Positions 1 to 13,260 of a stretch of 64,000 nucleotides of DNA are shown here, in pieces (the stretch's first letter is position 1; every line of letters starts with the position of its first letter). The stretch is taken from positions 372,001-436,000 of the forward strand of contig CDLV01000016.1 in the NCBI GenBank assembly GCA_001244265.2, given 5' to 3'. The stretch is from Microbotryum violaceum (taxonomy: Eukaryota). The notes under the pieces were generated by a model that made no database searches, was not told the origin of the DNA, and was given only the letters and a program-made list of their open reading frames with translations. The position numbers were made by a program, and so were the translations under genes.

Positions 1-2095
1 TGCCTATAACAAGAGTACCTCAACCGGGCGTAAGTAGCTGTGCGCGCGGGACCGACACTACTTCCCCGCTGGTGCAAGACTGACCGAATGGGGCGATGCT
101 CGCGCTCCGACTGCGCAAAAGGCAGCGATCGCGACCTGAATTGGGCCCGGCAACTTGTCGACTTGCTGGTATTGCGGTATCGATGCGCGGAAGAAGTCGA
201 ACGACGGCATCTGGAAGCAGCAAGACGAGAAAAAGGCTAATCGCACAATGAGGAAGAAGGGGACGGCGGTCAGATTCGGCCTAGCATAACAGGCAGATCA
301 GGAGAACGAACCTTCACACAAATGCTGCGTCAGCGACCGAGCCAATTGAGGAGTCGCGAGGCGCCAGTCTACAGATTGCTGCCCAATATGAGCTCCCTCG
401 ACTCGAGTCAGCGCTGTCTGGGGCTGTGATCGGGCTGAGGAAGTTGACATCGAGGCCGGAGACGACCACGCTACCGTCACGGGCTCGAGTGGTGTCTCTT
501 GCTCGCCCGTCGATCCAAGCTGCTGCTCGATTTCCACTGGTAAGATAGAGTGCGAGGTAAATAAGCTATGGAAGGAATAGTGGAGCAAGCTAGCTGGCGC
601 TGGTACTGACTGAGCCTTTCCTCCATCCGATTTAGCCGTTCAGTTTCGGCCGCATCTTGGGCAGACATGGATCTGCCACCCCGACATTTGCCGAAGAGTC
701 ACCCCTAGGGTCAGTACACACTTTCGATTCAGGACAGTTTGCGAAATGTGTTGCACTGACATTTTGTCGTTCGGATGCAGCGAAATGAGATCACACTCCT
801 CGTTGCGGATCTTGCAGTTGTTGCACACGGGGAACGCGCGATCGCATTTAACTAGGAGCCGCATAATCCAATTGATCAGCATCAAGAAAGGTAAGACCAA
901 ATCCTTGGGAGCCACAAGGCCAACCTTTGCGAATCCTGCAACGCGCGCAGCTCTTTTCGGTGATGACCGTGTCGGCGTCGCCGGACTCGCGCGGTTTGCT
1001 CGCTTTTCGCTTTTTGCTGTTCGGGACCGGAGTACTCAACGACGAGTCGGATTCCAACTTGCTGATCGCCGTCTGTGACGAAGAAGCTTCGGATGGCTTG
1101 CTCGCGGACTTTTGTATTCCCGTCAAGCCCGGTTGGCTTGGATGGAAGCGACCCTCCCCTGAGGCTGCGGCTACTGAAGAGCCCGGTTGACTACTACGCG
1201 ACTCGAATGGAGACGGGTCGACATTGGCACTTCGGCTACTACTCCCAGCTTGCGATAATTTGTGTTCCGAAGCCACAGTGCCGGTGACGGTAGCGGTAGC
1301 CGATGGCCCGACGGGAGGAGACAGTCTCTGCCGATTGGAAATGAGGTTGAGGTCGTTGGCGCCTCGAGCGGACCTAGAACGTTCGGCGCCGCGGTTCCCG
1401 TACCCGCCGCCGATCGTTGTTGAGCTCCGAGAATGAGACGACGATGAGGACGTCGACGCGGCGACTTGACCACCCGTTTGTACTTTGTGGTGCGTGGGAT
1501 TAGGGGTGGACCACGAGGACGGATGTTGGGGTGGATGTGGAGGGTAGGTCTGGGCCAGGGTCGAGATGTGTGCACCGTATGTCGGCGCTAATGGGTCCTC
1601 TCCTGAGTACGCGACGGCGACGTGGGGGAACACAATCGCGGCAGTCTTGGACGACGGCGGCAATTGAGCGGGTCCCAAACTCTGCGCCTGGCTCGCATAC
1701 TGAGGCCGTGACTGCAGCATTCGATGTTGCTTTTGTTGGTGTTGTACGACTTGGGATATGGGATGTGACAGCATGGACGGCGGGTTTTGGTGAGTTGCGT
1801 CGTGACCGATGGCCTTGGCCGTTGTCGCCCAGGAACTCAGACCGGAATGAGGATGATGGAGCTTCGAGTCGTGGCCCTTCCGACCGGTCATAAGCGTCGC
1901 CGTCGATGCTCCTGTTGGCGCGGCGCTAGCGGCGACAGGGACCGCCTGCTGTTGCTGCTGCGAAGAAGACTGAGGATGACGGGACCACTGCTGACGACCA
2001 CCCGCTGAATCGACGTGGTGGGGTGGATACGGCTGTTGGTATTGGTGCTGTTGGTGATGATAATGATGTCCTTTCCCTTCGTCGCCTCCAACCAT
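1..2095 (-). CDS. Zn(II)2Cys6 fungal transcription factor with long Q/H/S/P-rich N-terminus; multi-exon, 3' part runs off the window
   Basis: ORF 848-2095 reaches KSCARCRIRK. Removing a GT..AG intron (~924-852) joins it to VKCDRAFPVCNNCKIRNEECDL, giving a complete CxxC-x6-C-x6-CxxC-x6-C binuclear cluster. Confidence 0.85.
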
Positions 2096-3650
2096 TGTCG
2101 CAGCTGGTCGTCAGCTTTGAGCCGCGACTGCGAGTTCGGTCGGTCGTTCGGTCGTTCGGTCGTTCGGTTGGTCAGTCGATCAGTAAAACAGTGGAAAACA
2201 GTGGGGGTTTATCGTAAAAGGTTAAACCGCTCCAAGGTGATGAAACCTGCTGAGGGCCACCCTCACGCCGGGGTTGCCAAAAAAGCGTTCCTGCGCTCAA
2301 GGAAAACAACTTCAAGGAGAAGGAAAGTCAATCGAGCAAGGCAGAGGCGTGGAGGCAACTATCTTAAATCTTTCGGAAAGCAAAGTGATCGACGCGGTCG
2401 CTAGACGTTCCGCGTCTGTGCGTGCGAACCATGGCGGTTGTACGACTTCCGCGAAACGCAACCACCGCCCATCCAGCAGATTCGCTGCTTTGAGGCCAGG
2501 CCCTCTGCCCTAAGCTCGCGGAAGTCCGCGAGCAATCCATTCGCCGCTTGTTCAAAGCTCGTCCCTGAATCCCTGGACGAGCGGCTCGTGAAGCGCTTAA
2601 CTCCGTCCTCTCCCTCGGACCTCGGTCTCAGTCACTAGTGTAGCGGGTAAATGGGCCTGCGCCCACGAACTTGCGCTAAACAATTCGCTTTACTAGCGAC
2701 CGTGATTTTACGCACGGAGACAAGACCTCTGAGTGTGCGCAAAGTGGTAAAGAGGGGTAGTAGAACAAAATCCAGTCGAGCGAAGGGCTGGGAGGAGCTG
2801 GGTGTCAGACGTCAGACGTCAGGTGGTGGGAGCCTGGACGGCCTTAGCGCCGTATCGATCGCTCCCCTTCCCCCGTTCACGTTGCCGCCGCCCTCTTAGA
2901 GTTATTCTCACGGCCTGATCGTCAGGCACATCGGACTCGAGAACTTTCAAGCCGTCTCAAACATCCGGGCACTCTTGAGCACATGTCGCATTTAAAGCCT
3001 AAAATGGCACTCTTGAGCAAACTATGTACCTGGTCTAAGTCAAAGTTAGATACCTAGGTGCCTGCTAGGTAGGTATGTTTTCAAGCCAATTGTACATCAG
3101 AAGGATCAAGATGAGGAGAGCAGAGATAGCGAGAGACATTCGATGAGAATTTTGATCAGTCCAACGGCTAATTAAGAACGACGAATTGTATTTTATGCAC
3201 ATCGAGGGGCCTTACAGGATCTCCTAGGTTTACCAAAATCTTGCTTACCTCATCTCGACCGATCTGTTGGATCATTTGGCCGAGGTGCTTTGGCCATGCC
3301 TCAGTCGGTAGGTACTTGTAGTCGAAGTGAGTAACCACGTTGTTTGATTGGTACTCTAACTCTAGACATCGCAAGTACGTGGAAGATATGCAAGCACGCT
3401 CTAAGGTCAACACTTGGCCACACCATGCACCTCACCCTCCGTCTTGCTCGATCTGCAATCACTGCTCATGAAAAATTGGCAGCTTTACTCCGAGGGGTGA
3501 AGCCCCCCTCCCCCCAACGATTTCACATGCCCGGGTCGCCCAGCGGTACCTAGATCAAAACACACGCACACACAACAAACAAGAGAGTAGGTAGCAAAGA
3601 ACTTCAAGAAAGTAATTCCAATCAAAGAACACATCACCAAACTCCCCATC

Positions 3651-6310
3651 TTACGGCGCATTAATAAGTGCGATCAACGCATTACGATAATCGCCCGAGG
3701 TTTCCTTCATCACGTCCGTTAACAGCTCCCTCGAGTATTTTTGGCGGTACGCGCCCTTGAGCTGTTGGAAGCGTTGACGATCCCAGTGGGCTCGGACAAT
3801 GCGCATGATGAGGAGGAGGTCTTTGGTGCCGAGGCCGGCCATGGCGTCGTGCAGACGTTTAGCGTCTCGCCCTGGAATTGCAAGGGACGGGGAGAGATTG
3901 CAAAACACGCCTTAGCCGACAGCGCCTACACTTCGAGTGATACAGGCAAGTACTCACAGCACCCATTCGTATCGTGCTTTCCTCCTTCCAGAGCAAAGAG
4001 GTACATCTCCTTCAGATGGCCATCGACGCAGCGCTTGATGTTGTGGGTCAACGCGGCTCGGGTCAACGTCTTGTACTGCGCTTGCACGGCTTGGAGATGT
4101 GCAGGCGATCGCGCAAAGACGATGGAGGATCTAGGCATGATGATTCTCTCAGTGAGAAAGTGTGGGGGAAGTGTTTCATTCGCAGCGGCGGTGACTTACA
4201 CGTGCTGTTGATCGATGCTGACCTCGCCCGTGACGTGAACCTGAATGGCCTTCTTGAGTTGCTGCGTTGACAAGGCCACAGGATTTCGTTCAGCGGTGTG
4301 TCCCCTGTAATCTCCAAGCAAGTCACCTCGCCCGTACCTGAGCATCATCCTGGACCATCTGCTGATTGAGCTGAGCTGGAGCCGCACCAACGAATCCACC
4401 GACGCCACCTGCCCCACCCTGACCCGCTTCATTCTCCGGCGTCCTTCCCATATTCGGTTGATCCCTCCAATCACCCAGCAAAGCGACAGCCATAGCCGAC
4501 TTTGTCTTCATCGACAACTCATCCAAGACTTCCTTTTCCATAGACTTGCCGGTATGCGCTTGGAAAGCGGCTTTGAGAAGATCTATCGCCAAGGGTGTTC
4601 GACCGATCAAGACCTCGGTCAAGATCATTTCGTTCGTTCCCAAACCTTTACAAGCGTCTTTGACGAGCTCGACATCCCCCATCAAAGGCCCCGCAAGAAT
4701 CTGCAAGATCAAGGTCTCATAGTTGCCCCTCAACTCCTTTTCGAGCAACTTGATCATGTCCTTGCCTTCGCGAGCTTTGTAGGCGTAAATCAGAGGAGGG
4801 ATACGTACGGCCGGCAAGGCAGTGACGACGAGGGTGATTTTGTCTTCGTTCGTTCCAAAACCTTTGCAAGCTGTTTTGATCGTCTCGACGTCCTTGGCGG
4901 GGTCGTATCCGTCAACGGCTTGGTTCGCGCGCAGCTTTTCTTGAGCGGGCAAGAGCGGGTTCTCGGAGGGGTGAACGCGAGTCCCGAGGTATGTGTGAGG
5001 AATTGGGGCGGGTGCTGCGTAGCCTGCTTGAGGGGCGTAGCCTACGGGTGCAGCAGGTTGTCCGCACTGGTTCGGAGGGGGTGCACCGTACTGTCCAGGG
5101 GATGAAGCACCTACGAGTCGGACACAAAGAGGACAAGATCAGGAATGAGATGGTTCCTTTTCCGGACAGCTTGGATCACTATTCACCGTATCCCTGCTGC
5201 GGAGGTGCGCCGTATTGACTCGGAGGTGCGCCTGCCGATCAAGACGAAATCACTCATCAGAAATTCTGCCTCTTGACCTCTCTGATCACGCAATTCCGCC
5301 GACTGACCGTAGCCCTGTTGTGGCGGAGGTGCGCCATATGCTCCGGCCTGAGCTGGCGGCTGTCCGTACTGACCCTGCGGCGGCCGTCCGTACTGTCCCG
5401 CTGGAGACTGACCGTATTGTCCTGCTGGTGGAGGTTGGCCGTATTGTCCTGCGACAAAAGATCATGGTCCGCGTGAGCTCGCGACTTTTGTTCCGAGGAG
5501 ACGAAAATTTCTCACCTTGGGGTGGGGCACCGTATTGTTGCTGCTGCGCCGGGGGTGCACCATATTGAGGTAGCTGACCATCTGTGAGAAACATGCCCTT
5601 TACATGCCCTTTAGCTTTTGGGTGACAACGGCGGGAAGGACTTGAAGCAGGAACGGACAAGGCTGCTGCTGGCCTGGTGGGGGCGCTTGGCCGTAGGCTT
5701 GTTGGCCCTGAGGTGGCGGCGCACCGTCTGAGGGCAAGATAACATGCGTCAGATAAGTAATCAAATCTTGGCAAGCGCGAGGGTGCGCGCGAGGGTGCGT
5801 TGGCATGACCTACACTGCTGCTGAGGAGCGCCGTACTGGGGCTGGCCTGCTGGGGGCGCGGGCGCGGCGTCTAACCGAAGTTTGAAGTCAAGGCACGAGT
5901 CCGGTCAGCACCAATCAGGGATGGCATGATCGATTCTGGAGTGCGTGTGACCCTTCGACGATCGCTCTGGGGCTCTTCATCAGCCACGGGGAAGAAGCTC
6001 TCCTCGTTCCCGACCCCAACCCCCCACCTGCAGTGGCTGGCTCGTCTTGGAAGAGCTGATCGCGGGCGCATTACGGTCGTCATGGGGTCCTTGTGCATCT
6101 GATGTGTTTCGAAACCTCCGCACGCTGAACGGTGGCGCATAACTGTGACGCAAGCGGCTGCTCGTCAAGCTCCTACGACCACTGGAATAATGCCAAGCCA
6201 AGAACACAAAGGCCGAATCGATCGACACCGTACCTCGCGCAAGGAACGACCGCGTTGAGATACTCACATTGGTTATTGTAACCGGGTTGTTGATTAGGGT
6301 AAGCTGACAT
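3651..6310 (-). CDS. Annexin (fungal, annexin A7/A11-like) with long G/P/Q/Y-rich N-terminal tail; many introns
   Basis: Annexin repeat motifs [47 protein letters not shown] and [14 protein letters not shown]. Start [14 protein letters not shown] at 6310, followed by several small YGAPP-repeat exons. Confidence 0.92.
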
Positions 6311-6843
6311 GCTGCTCGGACGATGTGATGGCAGATGGTGTGAGGACGGAGGGAAGGCACGAGAGCGTGAAAGCTGGAGCCGACGGCGCGGGTGACGTCG
6401 ATCGGGCTTCACGGTGGCTTCACGCTCTTATCTGCTCTTATTAGACGCTCATTCACTCTGTCACGTTATACAATCCGCCGCGGTGGCGGTGCAAGCTCGG
6501 GCACTCGACGACGCATACATTCAGCCCTCAGCCGAGCAGGAGCTCCGACCCTCGACCATGTGGATGATGGCATGATACATTGAGTAGGTGGTCCCTTGAC
6601 GAGAAGCCTTTTTTTTCGTGTCGTAATTGCGGGTCATAGTTTCAAGCAGTTGCCCGTCGTACGACCTCTAGATTCGCGTGAGCTACTCCGAAGCACAATT
6701 GCTGCCGCACAAGTGCTTGCGCTCGGACCTTGTCGCGGCGAAAGCCCACCTCCGCTGCCTCCGCTCCCTTGGAGCCTCTCCTCTCTCCGCGCGTATAAAT
6801 CCGTCCCACTCGACCCCACCCTCCGGCAAAGCGAAACACAACC

Positions 6844-8256
6844 ATGCCCGCGCCCCGACGTAAGAACAAGAAAAAGTACCTCGCCTCCGGAGGGGGCCAC
6901 TATACCTCCAAACATCAAGTTGGTGGACCGGGGATCTTCATCACCACCATACGGGGCAAGGAACCGCGTTGCGTGCAAGAGTTTTATAATGTGTTGGATG
7001 AGGTGGGTTCGGTATCTTCGGATGGGGAGGTGGTAGTTGGGTGAGAAGCTGATGAGTTTGTTTTGTTCGATGGTGTGTGTGTGTTTGTGGTCAAAGGTCG
7101 CGGATCGGTTGTACCCCAAAGAACGATTGGCCGAATTGGAAAAGCTACGACCCGTCAAAGCAGCTACTACCAATGGTCCTGATGCTGTCAAAAACATGGA
7201 CGAAGACACCGCGCAAGCACCCATCCAAGCCGAGGAAGAACCAGAGCAAGAGCCTCCACAAGTCGAAGAAGAAGAAGAAGAAGAGGACCAATTGATCGAA
7301 GCGCAAATCGCACGCGAGATCGCCGCCCTCAACCCACGTAAACCCAAGAAGCCCAAACCATCCTCCTCATCCGACCCTACGAGTACAACAAAAGGGGACA
7401 AGAGCAAGAAAGAAAAGGCGAGGTTCCTCTCGGTTGAGACGGGAACAGAATGTGGTCAGTTTCATTTTGGTCGTTGCCCCACACGCGGAGCTGATGAGGG
7501 AGATGCTGACTACTTGGCATTGGCTACAGTTTGCTTCTTCTCCATCGCATGGCCTTATGACCCCGTCGAGCTATGCAAAGCCATCGTCGACGATCTCCAA
7601 TCGACCAAAGTCATCAAAACCAGGTCCGTCCGTACCCGCTCTCGGTCGAATCCAATTAGTGCCTTACTCACTCGTCTACTTCTTCCACCCGTTGATACGA
7701 GCAGGTTCTGCCTTCGTCTCACGCCCGTCAGCACCTCGTGCCATGCGATGAAGACCGAGACCGTGCTTGAGAAATCAAAAGAGTTGATTCGGCGCACGTT
7801 CGAAGAGTATGCCGCTTCGAAAGCGCTTTCGGAGTTCACGGTTCGTCCTGCTCACAGCTCGCTCCATCGCGTCGCTGCGAACTCAAGCTCATCGAGTTCT
7901 TCCACTCTCAACAGTTCGCCATCGAACCCTCCATACGCTCCCATTCTGAACCCCTCACGCGCACCTATCTAATCGAACAAATCGGTCTCATCATCAAAGA
8001 CCTCGCCCTCTCCACCTCCCTCTCACTCAAAGCCAACCTCTCACAACCCGATCTCGTCATCATCCCCGTCGTTTTGATGAAAGAATATGCATTGGGGATT
8101 GTAGAAGGAAGGGGATGGGGAGGGGAGGGTAAGAAGTGGAATTTGGATGCGCTGGGGGCCGATATTAATCAGAAGCTTTTGGGCGGCGGGGAGAAGGAGG
8201 ACGGTCGGGTGGAGGTGATCAATCGGTCGACTGGGGGGGCTATACCAACGCTCTAG
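6844..8256 (+). CDS. TAN1: THUMP-domain tRNA acetylation adaptor Tan1-like protein; multi-exon
   Basis: GPGIFITTIRGKEPRCVQEFYNVLDE, IEAQIAREIAAL, RFLSVETGTEC, DPVEL, TRFCLRLTPVS, and a KANLSQPDLVII..GIV segment near 8030-8100. These match the Tan1/THUMPD1 pattern. Confidence 0.75.
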
Positions 8257-8325
8257 TCTTGTTCTGGCATTAAACTCAAGAGAGCAACGTTACAACCACC
8301 TTGACCGATCTTACTAAATTGCGAT

Positions 8326-11128
8326 CTACTGCCCCATCACATCCCTTCTCCCCACCCTCCTCCGTTCCCCGACTTCCTCCTCCAACCTCTTTCTCAACAT
8401 CCTACACTGATCCTTCGCTCCCCTCTCCTCCAGAGCCCTCATCAAAATCTTATACGCCACTTTCCGAACCTTTTCAAACTCCTCGTTCCCCATCTTTCCT
8501 ACTCGCTCCACCCCCATCTCTTGTTCGGTACCTAATACTTTCTCAGCGATGGAGAGGATCTTGGAAGCGTCGACGACGGTATTCCACTTGACCAACCCCT
8601 TCAACCCGACGTTATTGAGGATCCCTCGACTGATCATCCTTTCCTGCTCGTTGCCCACCGTCCCCCTCTCCCCATTTTGGATCCACTTCCACCTCTGCCT
8701 AACCTTCTCCACCTGTTTCCTCCCCTTCACCCTCCCCCTCCTCAGTTCCACATCCCAAGGTCGTCCCAAAACTTCCCTCAACAAGTATCCCGTCGCCATC
8801 GCCTTATCCAACCTGACCACCTCGTTTCCTAAATCGTCTTTCATCCTCTGTCGTAAACGCGAGAGGGAAACGTCGTGTTTCGTTCGTACGTAAAGCGTAT
8901 AAAGCTTCGTATAACATATCGTCCAGAGCGTTCGTCCCTGCTCCGACAAAGCTTGCAAGGTCTTGGTTCGAAGACGTCCCCGAACGAGGTTGAAATCTTG
9001 TAAAGCGAGGTCATGACGACGCGTCAAGAGGTGCGAACTTAATCTGGCTGATAGAGAACTGACGGTCGGTTCCAACGTCGGATGGAGGAAGAGCTCGGAC
9101 CATACTCGATCCGAAGTCATGGCTCGATGGGAGCGCAGCATCGCTTCGTACTGCCTCAATGTACGAGAGGGGGAAGCGATGAGGAGGAAGACCTTGGTCG
9201 CTAGCTTGGCTTGACGGGCGGTGATGAGACTTTCGAGGAAGGATCGTAGGCACGACGAGGGGAAGGATGTGGGGTCTTTGATCATCAGGGATTCGATGAT
9301 GCGGGTGTAGAGAGGTTCGAGGGGGGCGTCAATGCGGAAGTGGTGGATTAAGAGGGTGAGACACTCGTCCAGCATCACGCGCAGGGTCGGGTCAATCGCA
9401 TCGCCAGAACTCGGCGCACACAGTTGTTCCAAAGATGTGACAAGCGCTTCGGCGGTGTACAAGACGACATCACCACGGCGATGCCATTCCTCATGATTGG
9501 CCAAGACCTTCAGAGTCGAGGCGGCGAGATCGAGGCGGGTTCGAGGGTCGATCATTGAATCGGCGGCTAGCCATTGGGCGACGAGGCCCGTTCGTGAATG
9601 GTACAAGGCGGCTTGACCGAGGAGAGCGCGTTGTACAGCCGTCAACTCGGACATGGAGGTCGAGCCGTAGTCAATGATCCGATGTGCGAGCGCATTTTGA
9701 TCCCCTTCTTCGATCGTTTCCGTCCGTGCGGCCCACTGCAAAAAGGATGAGACGAGCGTCGCCTTGACCTCAGAGCACATGCCACTCTTCTCAGCGCCGA
9801 GGAAAGCCTGCCACGACCATTCGACGAGCTTGTCCGAAAAAGCATTCAGTTCGCGAAAACGGTCCTTGGTCTCGGTGCTGCCCAATTGACACGCCTGTAA
9901 GACCGCGGACGGAACTTCGACAAAGGCCATGGCGGCCAGTGTCGTCCAGGTATCGGGTCGTGCGCGCGCCTCCGAGAATCTGGACAGGACCTCGGCAACG
10001 TGAGGGAGTCGTTCCATCTTGTGCTTGACAAAGTTCAAAACCACGGTTTCTTTCGAAGAGGGGGTCACCTTGGCTTCGGGCTGCTGCTCGGAGGGGAACT
10101 CGACGTAGCTGGAGAGCAGCAGGTTCAGGGCAGGGACATGGTCGATCTCTTCGGTCCTCCGTTGCTTTTGGGCCTCCAAGTTTGCTTCTGCTCTCTTGGC
10201 TACGAATGTCGGGGATGGTGTGGACTTGATGTTGTCATCGACACGCTGTACGGTGCTCTTCTTTCGCAGGAGTAAGCCGACCGCGCTCGCACCGAGAAAG
10301 ATGGCCTGGAGCAGGAACGCGGTGAGAAGGTTCGAATGGTCGGTGTTCGAGTGGGGAAGGTAGGCGATCGGAGGGGGTGGAATCGGTGTACTCTTCCCCT
10401 CGGAGTGATTGTGGGCATGCGACTCGGGAGACGGGTTCAGATCAGAGCTGGAGGTGGTGTACTCGAGGATGGGCAACGTCGAAGGCAGCTCGCGCTGGGA
10501 TCGACGATGCCGTCGGATGTGCTCGAGCAGCGCTGCAGTGGCTTGTAGCGGTTCGAGCTGTGAGACTTGATCGTCGTGCTTGGGGTTGGTTGAGGACGAT
10601 GCCTCGCTCGTTGGGGGACGTGGTGGAGAAGCTGAGACCTCTTGGACCCGATGAGCGGCTGGAGAGGAGAGAGAAAAGAAGCCAGAGCGTTGGTGAGTGA
10701 GAGCTACGCAGACCGTCAGAATTGAACAACTACCGACCTGTTGCCAGTATCGGGACCGAATTCAAGTCATCCCAAGAGCTGGGGTCGTTGGTCGGCGACG
10801 AGGTCCAGTGCGGTCGTGGGAGTGCGTTCGCTGTCTCGCTCGAGGTAGCGAACGTCGCCGAAACGGTTGACCCAGACGTTGCTGGTCTGCTTTCGCTGTG
10901 ACAGGAAGAGCAGAGAGAGCTCGAGTATCGACTCGGAGCGGCTGGTGTGGCTGGTGTCGCTGCTGGGATGGCCTTGGAGGATGAGATACTCGTTCTGCGT
11001 TGAGGACGACCGCTCGAGCGGACCTCGGTCGTCGCAATCCCGGTACAGCAGGACGAGCTCAGAGCAGCCAAGAGGGACGGTGATACGGCCCATGCCTTGG
11101 CTTCAAAGATCGTCCGCCGTGGGAGCAT
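8326..11128 (-). CDS. Large hypothetical protein, possibly a mitochondrial degenerate PPR/helical-repeat protein
   Basis: 716-aa ORF 8326-10476 plus an upstream R/S-rich ORF starting MLPRRTIF at 11128 (presequence-like). Helical segments such as YKILMRALEERG and YEAMLRSH are weakly PPR-like. The 5' exon structure is uncertain. Confidence 0.55.
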
Positions 11129-11464
11129 CCCCGTCCGTAAGCGTGTGCTTCGAGGCTGGATTGTAGACAGCGCAGGCTGAGCTGCTGAGCTGCTGAGCTT
11201 GAGCTTGAGCGCGGTGGCGACTCGGACTGGCGAGGCGACCGCTGAGGATGCAGTGACTTGGCCAACCGAGCGGATTCACTATCAGGATTTATTTTTATTT
11301 TTATGTTATTTTATTTTTTAGAAAAAAGATCTGAACACCACCGGACCGCTATTGCCGGGACACGAAAATGCATATATCCAGCCCTCGTTCCACGCGGATC
11401 TCGGCCGGTGCCGCGCGCGATAACTCGGAAAACTGCTCGGGCGCGACGACCAGAGATGCAGATA

Positions 11465-12737
11465 CAGTCAAACCTGAGAAAATTTATATCGCCCAATCTT
11501 ATACCTGGCAAAAATTTATGGACTTTTCAATCTCCCGACTTTTTTGGGCTGACAGAACCTGTCCAATCTTATATCTTATGATTTATGGGTTTACAGGTCA
11601 AATTATAAGATAAGAGAGAGCCGGAAATGAGCGATTGATCAGGAATCGGCCTCTCCTTCGGCGTTCTTGTTGACGAGCCGCTTGCTGGAACAGTCCGAAA
11701 TGCCCCGAAACAGCCGAGAAGCGAGCACAGTAGAAAAGGCGGCAGTTGACCCGTTGACAGGCTATTAGTCGCGACGTACTTCTCTCTCCTCTTCCGCCGA
11801 CAACGAACAGAGACGCCGAAATGAACATCTTCACAATCCGAGAAGCCCTCATCAGAAATTCCTCTTCATATCATCATGGTCTCATTCCCTTCCCGGAATT
11901 CAACTGTTAACGCCACGCTCAAATCTTGTCTGATCGCAAGAACAAAGGATCGACCGACCATACACTTTTTCCCAACGGTCGCGGGCCTCTCGATGACGAT
12001 CGCGGCATCATCAACGCGATGAACGCGATGAAGACGACGAACGATGAGCTGGTCGAAAAGAGGATAGTTCACGAGCAACGAGAAGATGAGTATCCACTTT
12101 CTCGTCGATGTGGAGGAGGACAACCTTGCTGGTGGAGCTGAAATGACCGATCAGGAGATTGTGGACCTGGTCATTGCCGAAGAGTTGGAGGAGAATTGCG
12201 AGGGAGAACTCGAAGGAGGAGAGGAGGAAGCGGAGATAGAGCTTCGACCGGCGGAGCGAACGACGCTGAAGGAGGCAATCTCAGCGCTTGATGTTTTCCT
12301 TAGGTTTGCTATGAATGGGTACCCAGGTCCAACGCATTTGATTTCTTTTTGAGCACGAGGCTAGGAGGATTCGCAGGACTCTTGTTGCTGAGCAGGATGC
12401 CGCGAGGATTCAGACGACAATGACTTCGTATTTCCAGCGTCAGTAGGTCAAGATATTTTTGCTTGGAGCTTTCATAACTTATTAGATGTCATCATGCCTC
12501 GGTAGATGCCGTCCATTGGCTGCAATTCAGCAATTCGGGCCTTTTGAATTTCATCCCCCTCAAAAGTCGATGTACCGGCTCGAACGATGCACGAAAATTA
12601 CTTGATTTGTTGTAGGAAGCTCAAAAGCGGAGTTTCAGGTCATAATGTACTGATCTGAAGCCGAACTCTCCAAGCTTATACCTGTCTTAATGGGAAAATC
12701 CGACCACCGAAAATATAAATTTTCTCAGGTTTGACTG
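11465..12737 (+). mobile_element. Internally deleted pogo/Tigger-type (Tc1/mariner superfamily) DNA transposon
   Basis: Perfect 25-bp TIRs CAGTCAAACCTGAGAAAATTTATAT (11465-11489 / 12713-12737) with TA on both sides. The internal remnant (~12086-12446, frameshifted) encodes MTDQEIVDLV..acidic..TTLKEAISALDVFLRF..QTTMTSYF, typical of Tigger/pogo transposase C-termini. Confidence 0.9.
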
Positions 12738-13260
12738 TATGCAGATGACCCCAACACGATATTACACGGGCGACCCTATGGGCTGCGGGAACCGCACGGA
12801 TCCGTTTCTGGTTTCCGTATGTCCGGCTGGCGGGGCGGGTCGTATGGATTCTGTAGTCTACCAGACTAGAATGATCGGAATTACAATCCACTTCTCCCCA
12901 AATCCCATATTTCGGGTGCATGAAAAACAAAACAGACGACCGGTACATGCTCTAAGGTCTTGTATACCCTTTTCATCCATGACATTTGCCGACAAGTTGA
13001 TGTTGTCATGTTTTACAAACTATAGGGAATCCAGCAGGAAAACACCGAGTTTCTAAGATGGTCAACCATATGGCGCCGTTACGGATTGTGGACATGAGAA
13101 TTCCGCACGATGGAGGGTTGCGCGTGTAACCCCAGGCTGCAGGCCTAACCCAAGCCACCCAAGCCAGCGCGAGCGCCGAGCAGGCCCGGAGCGGTCCCGT
13201 GCGATATTGCTGGTTATACCCTCACTCACCCATTCCCCCACCCTAGCACAGTAGCACAGC

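Noticed and set aside
2900-3560. Possible TE remnant (GCACTCTTGAGCA direct repeat, weak hairpin before CTAG at ~3550)
   Set aside because: Hairpin too weak, no matching termini and no coding similarity.
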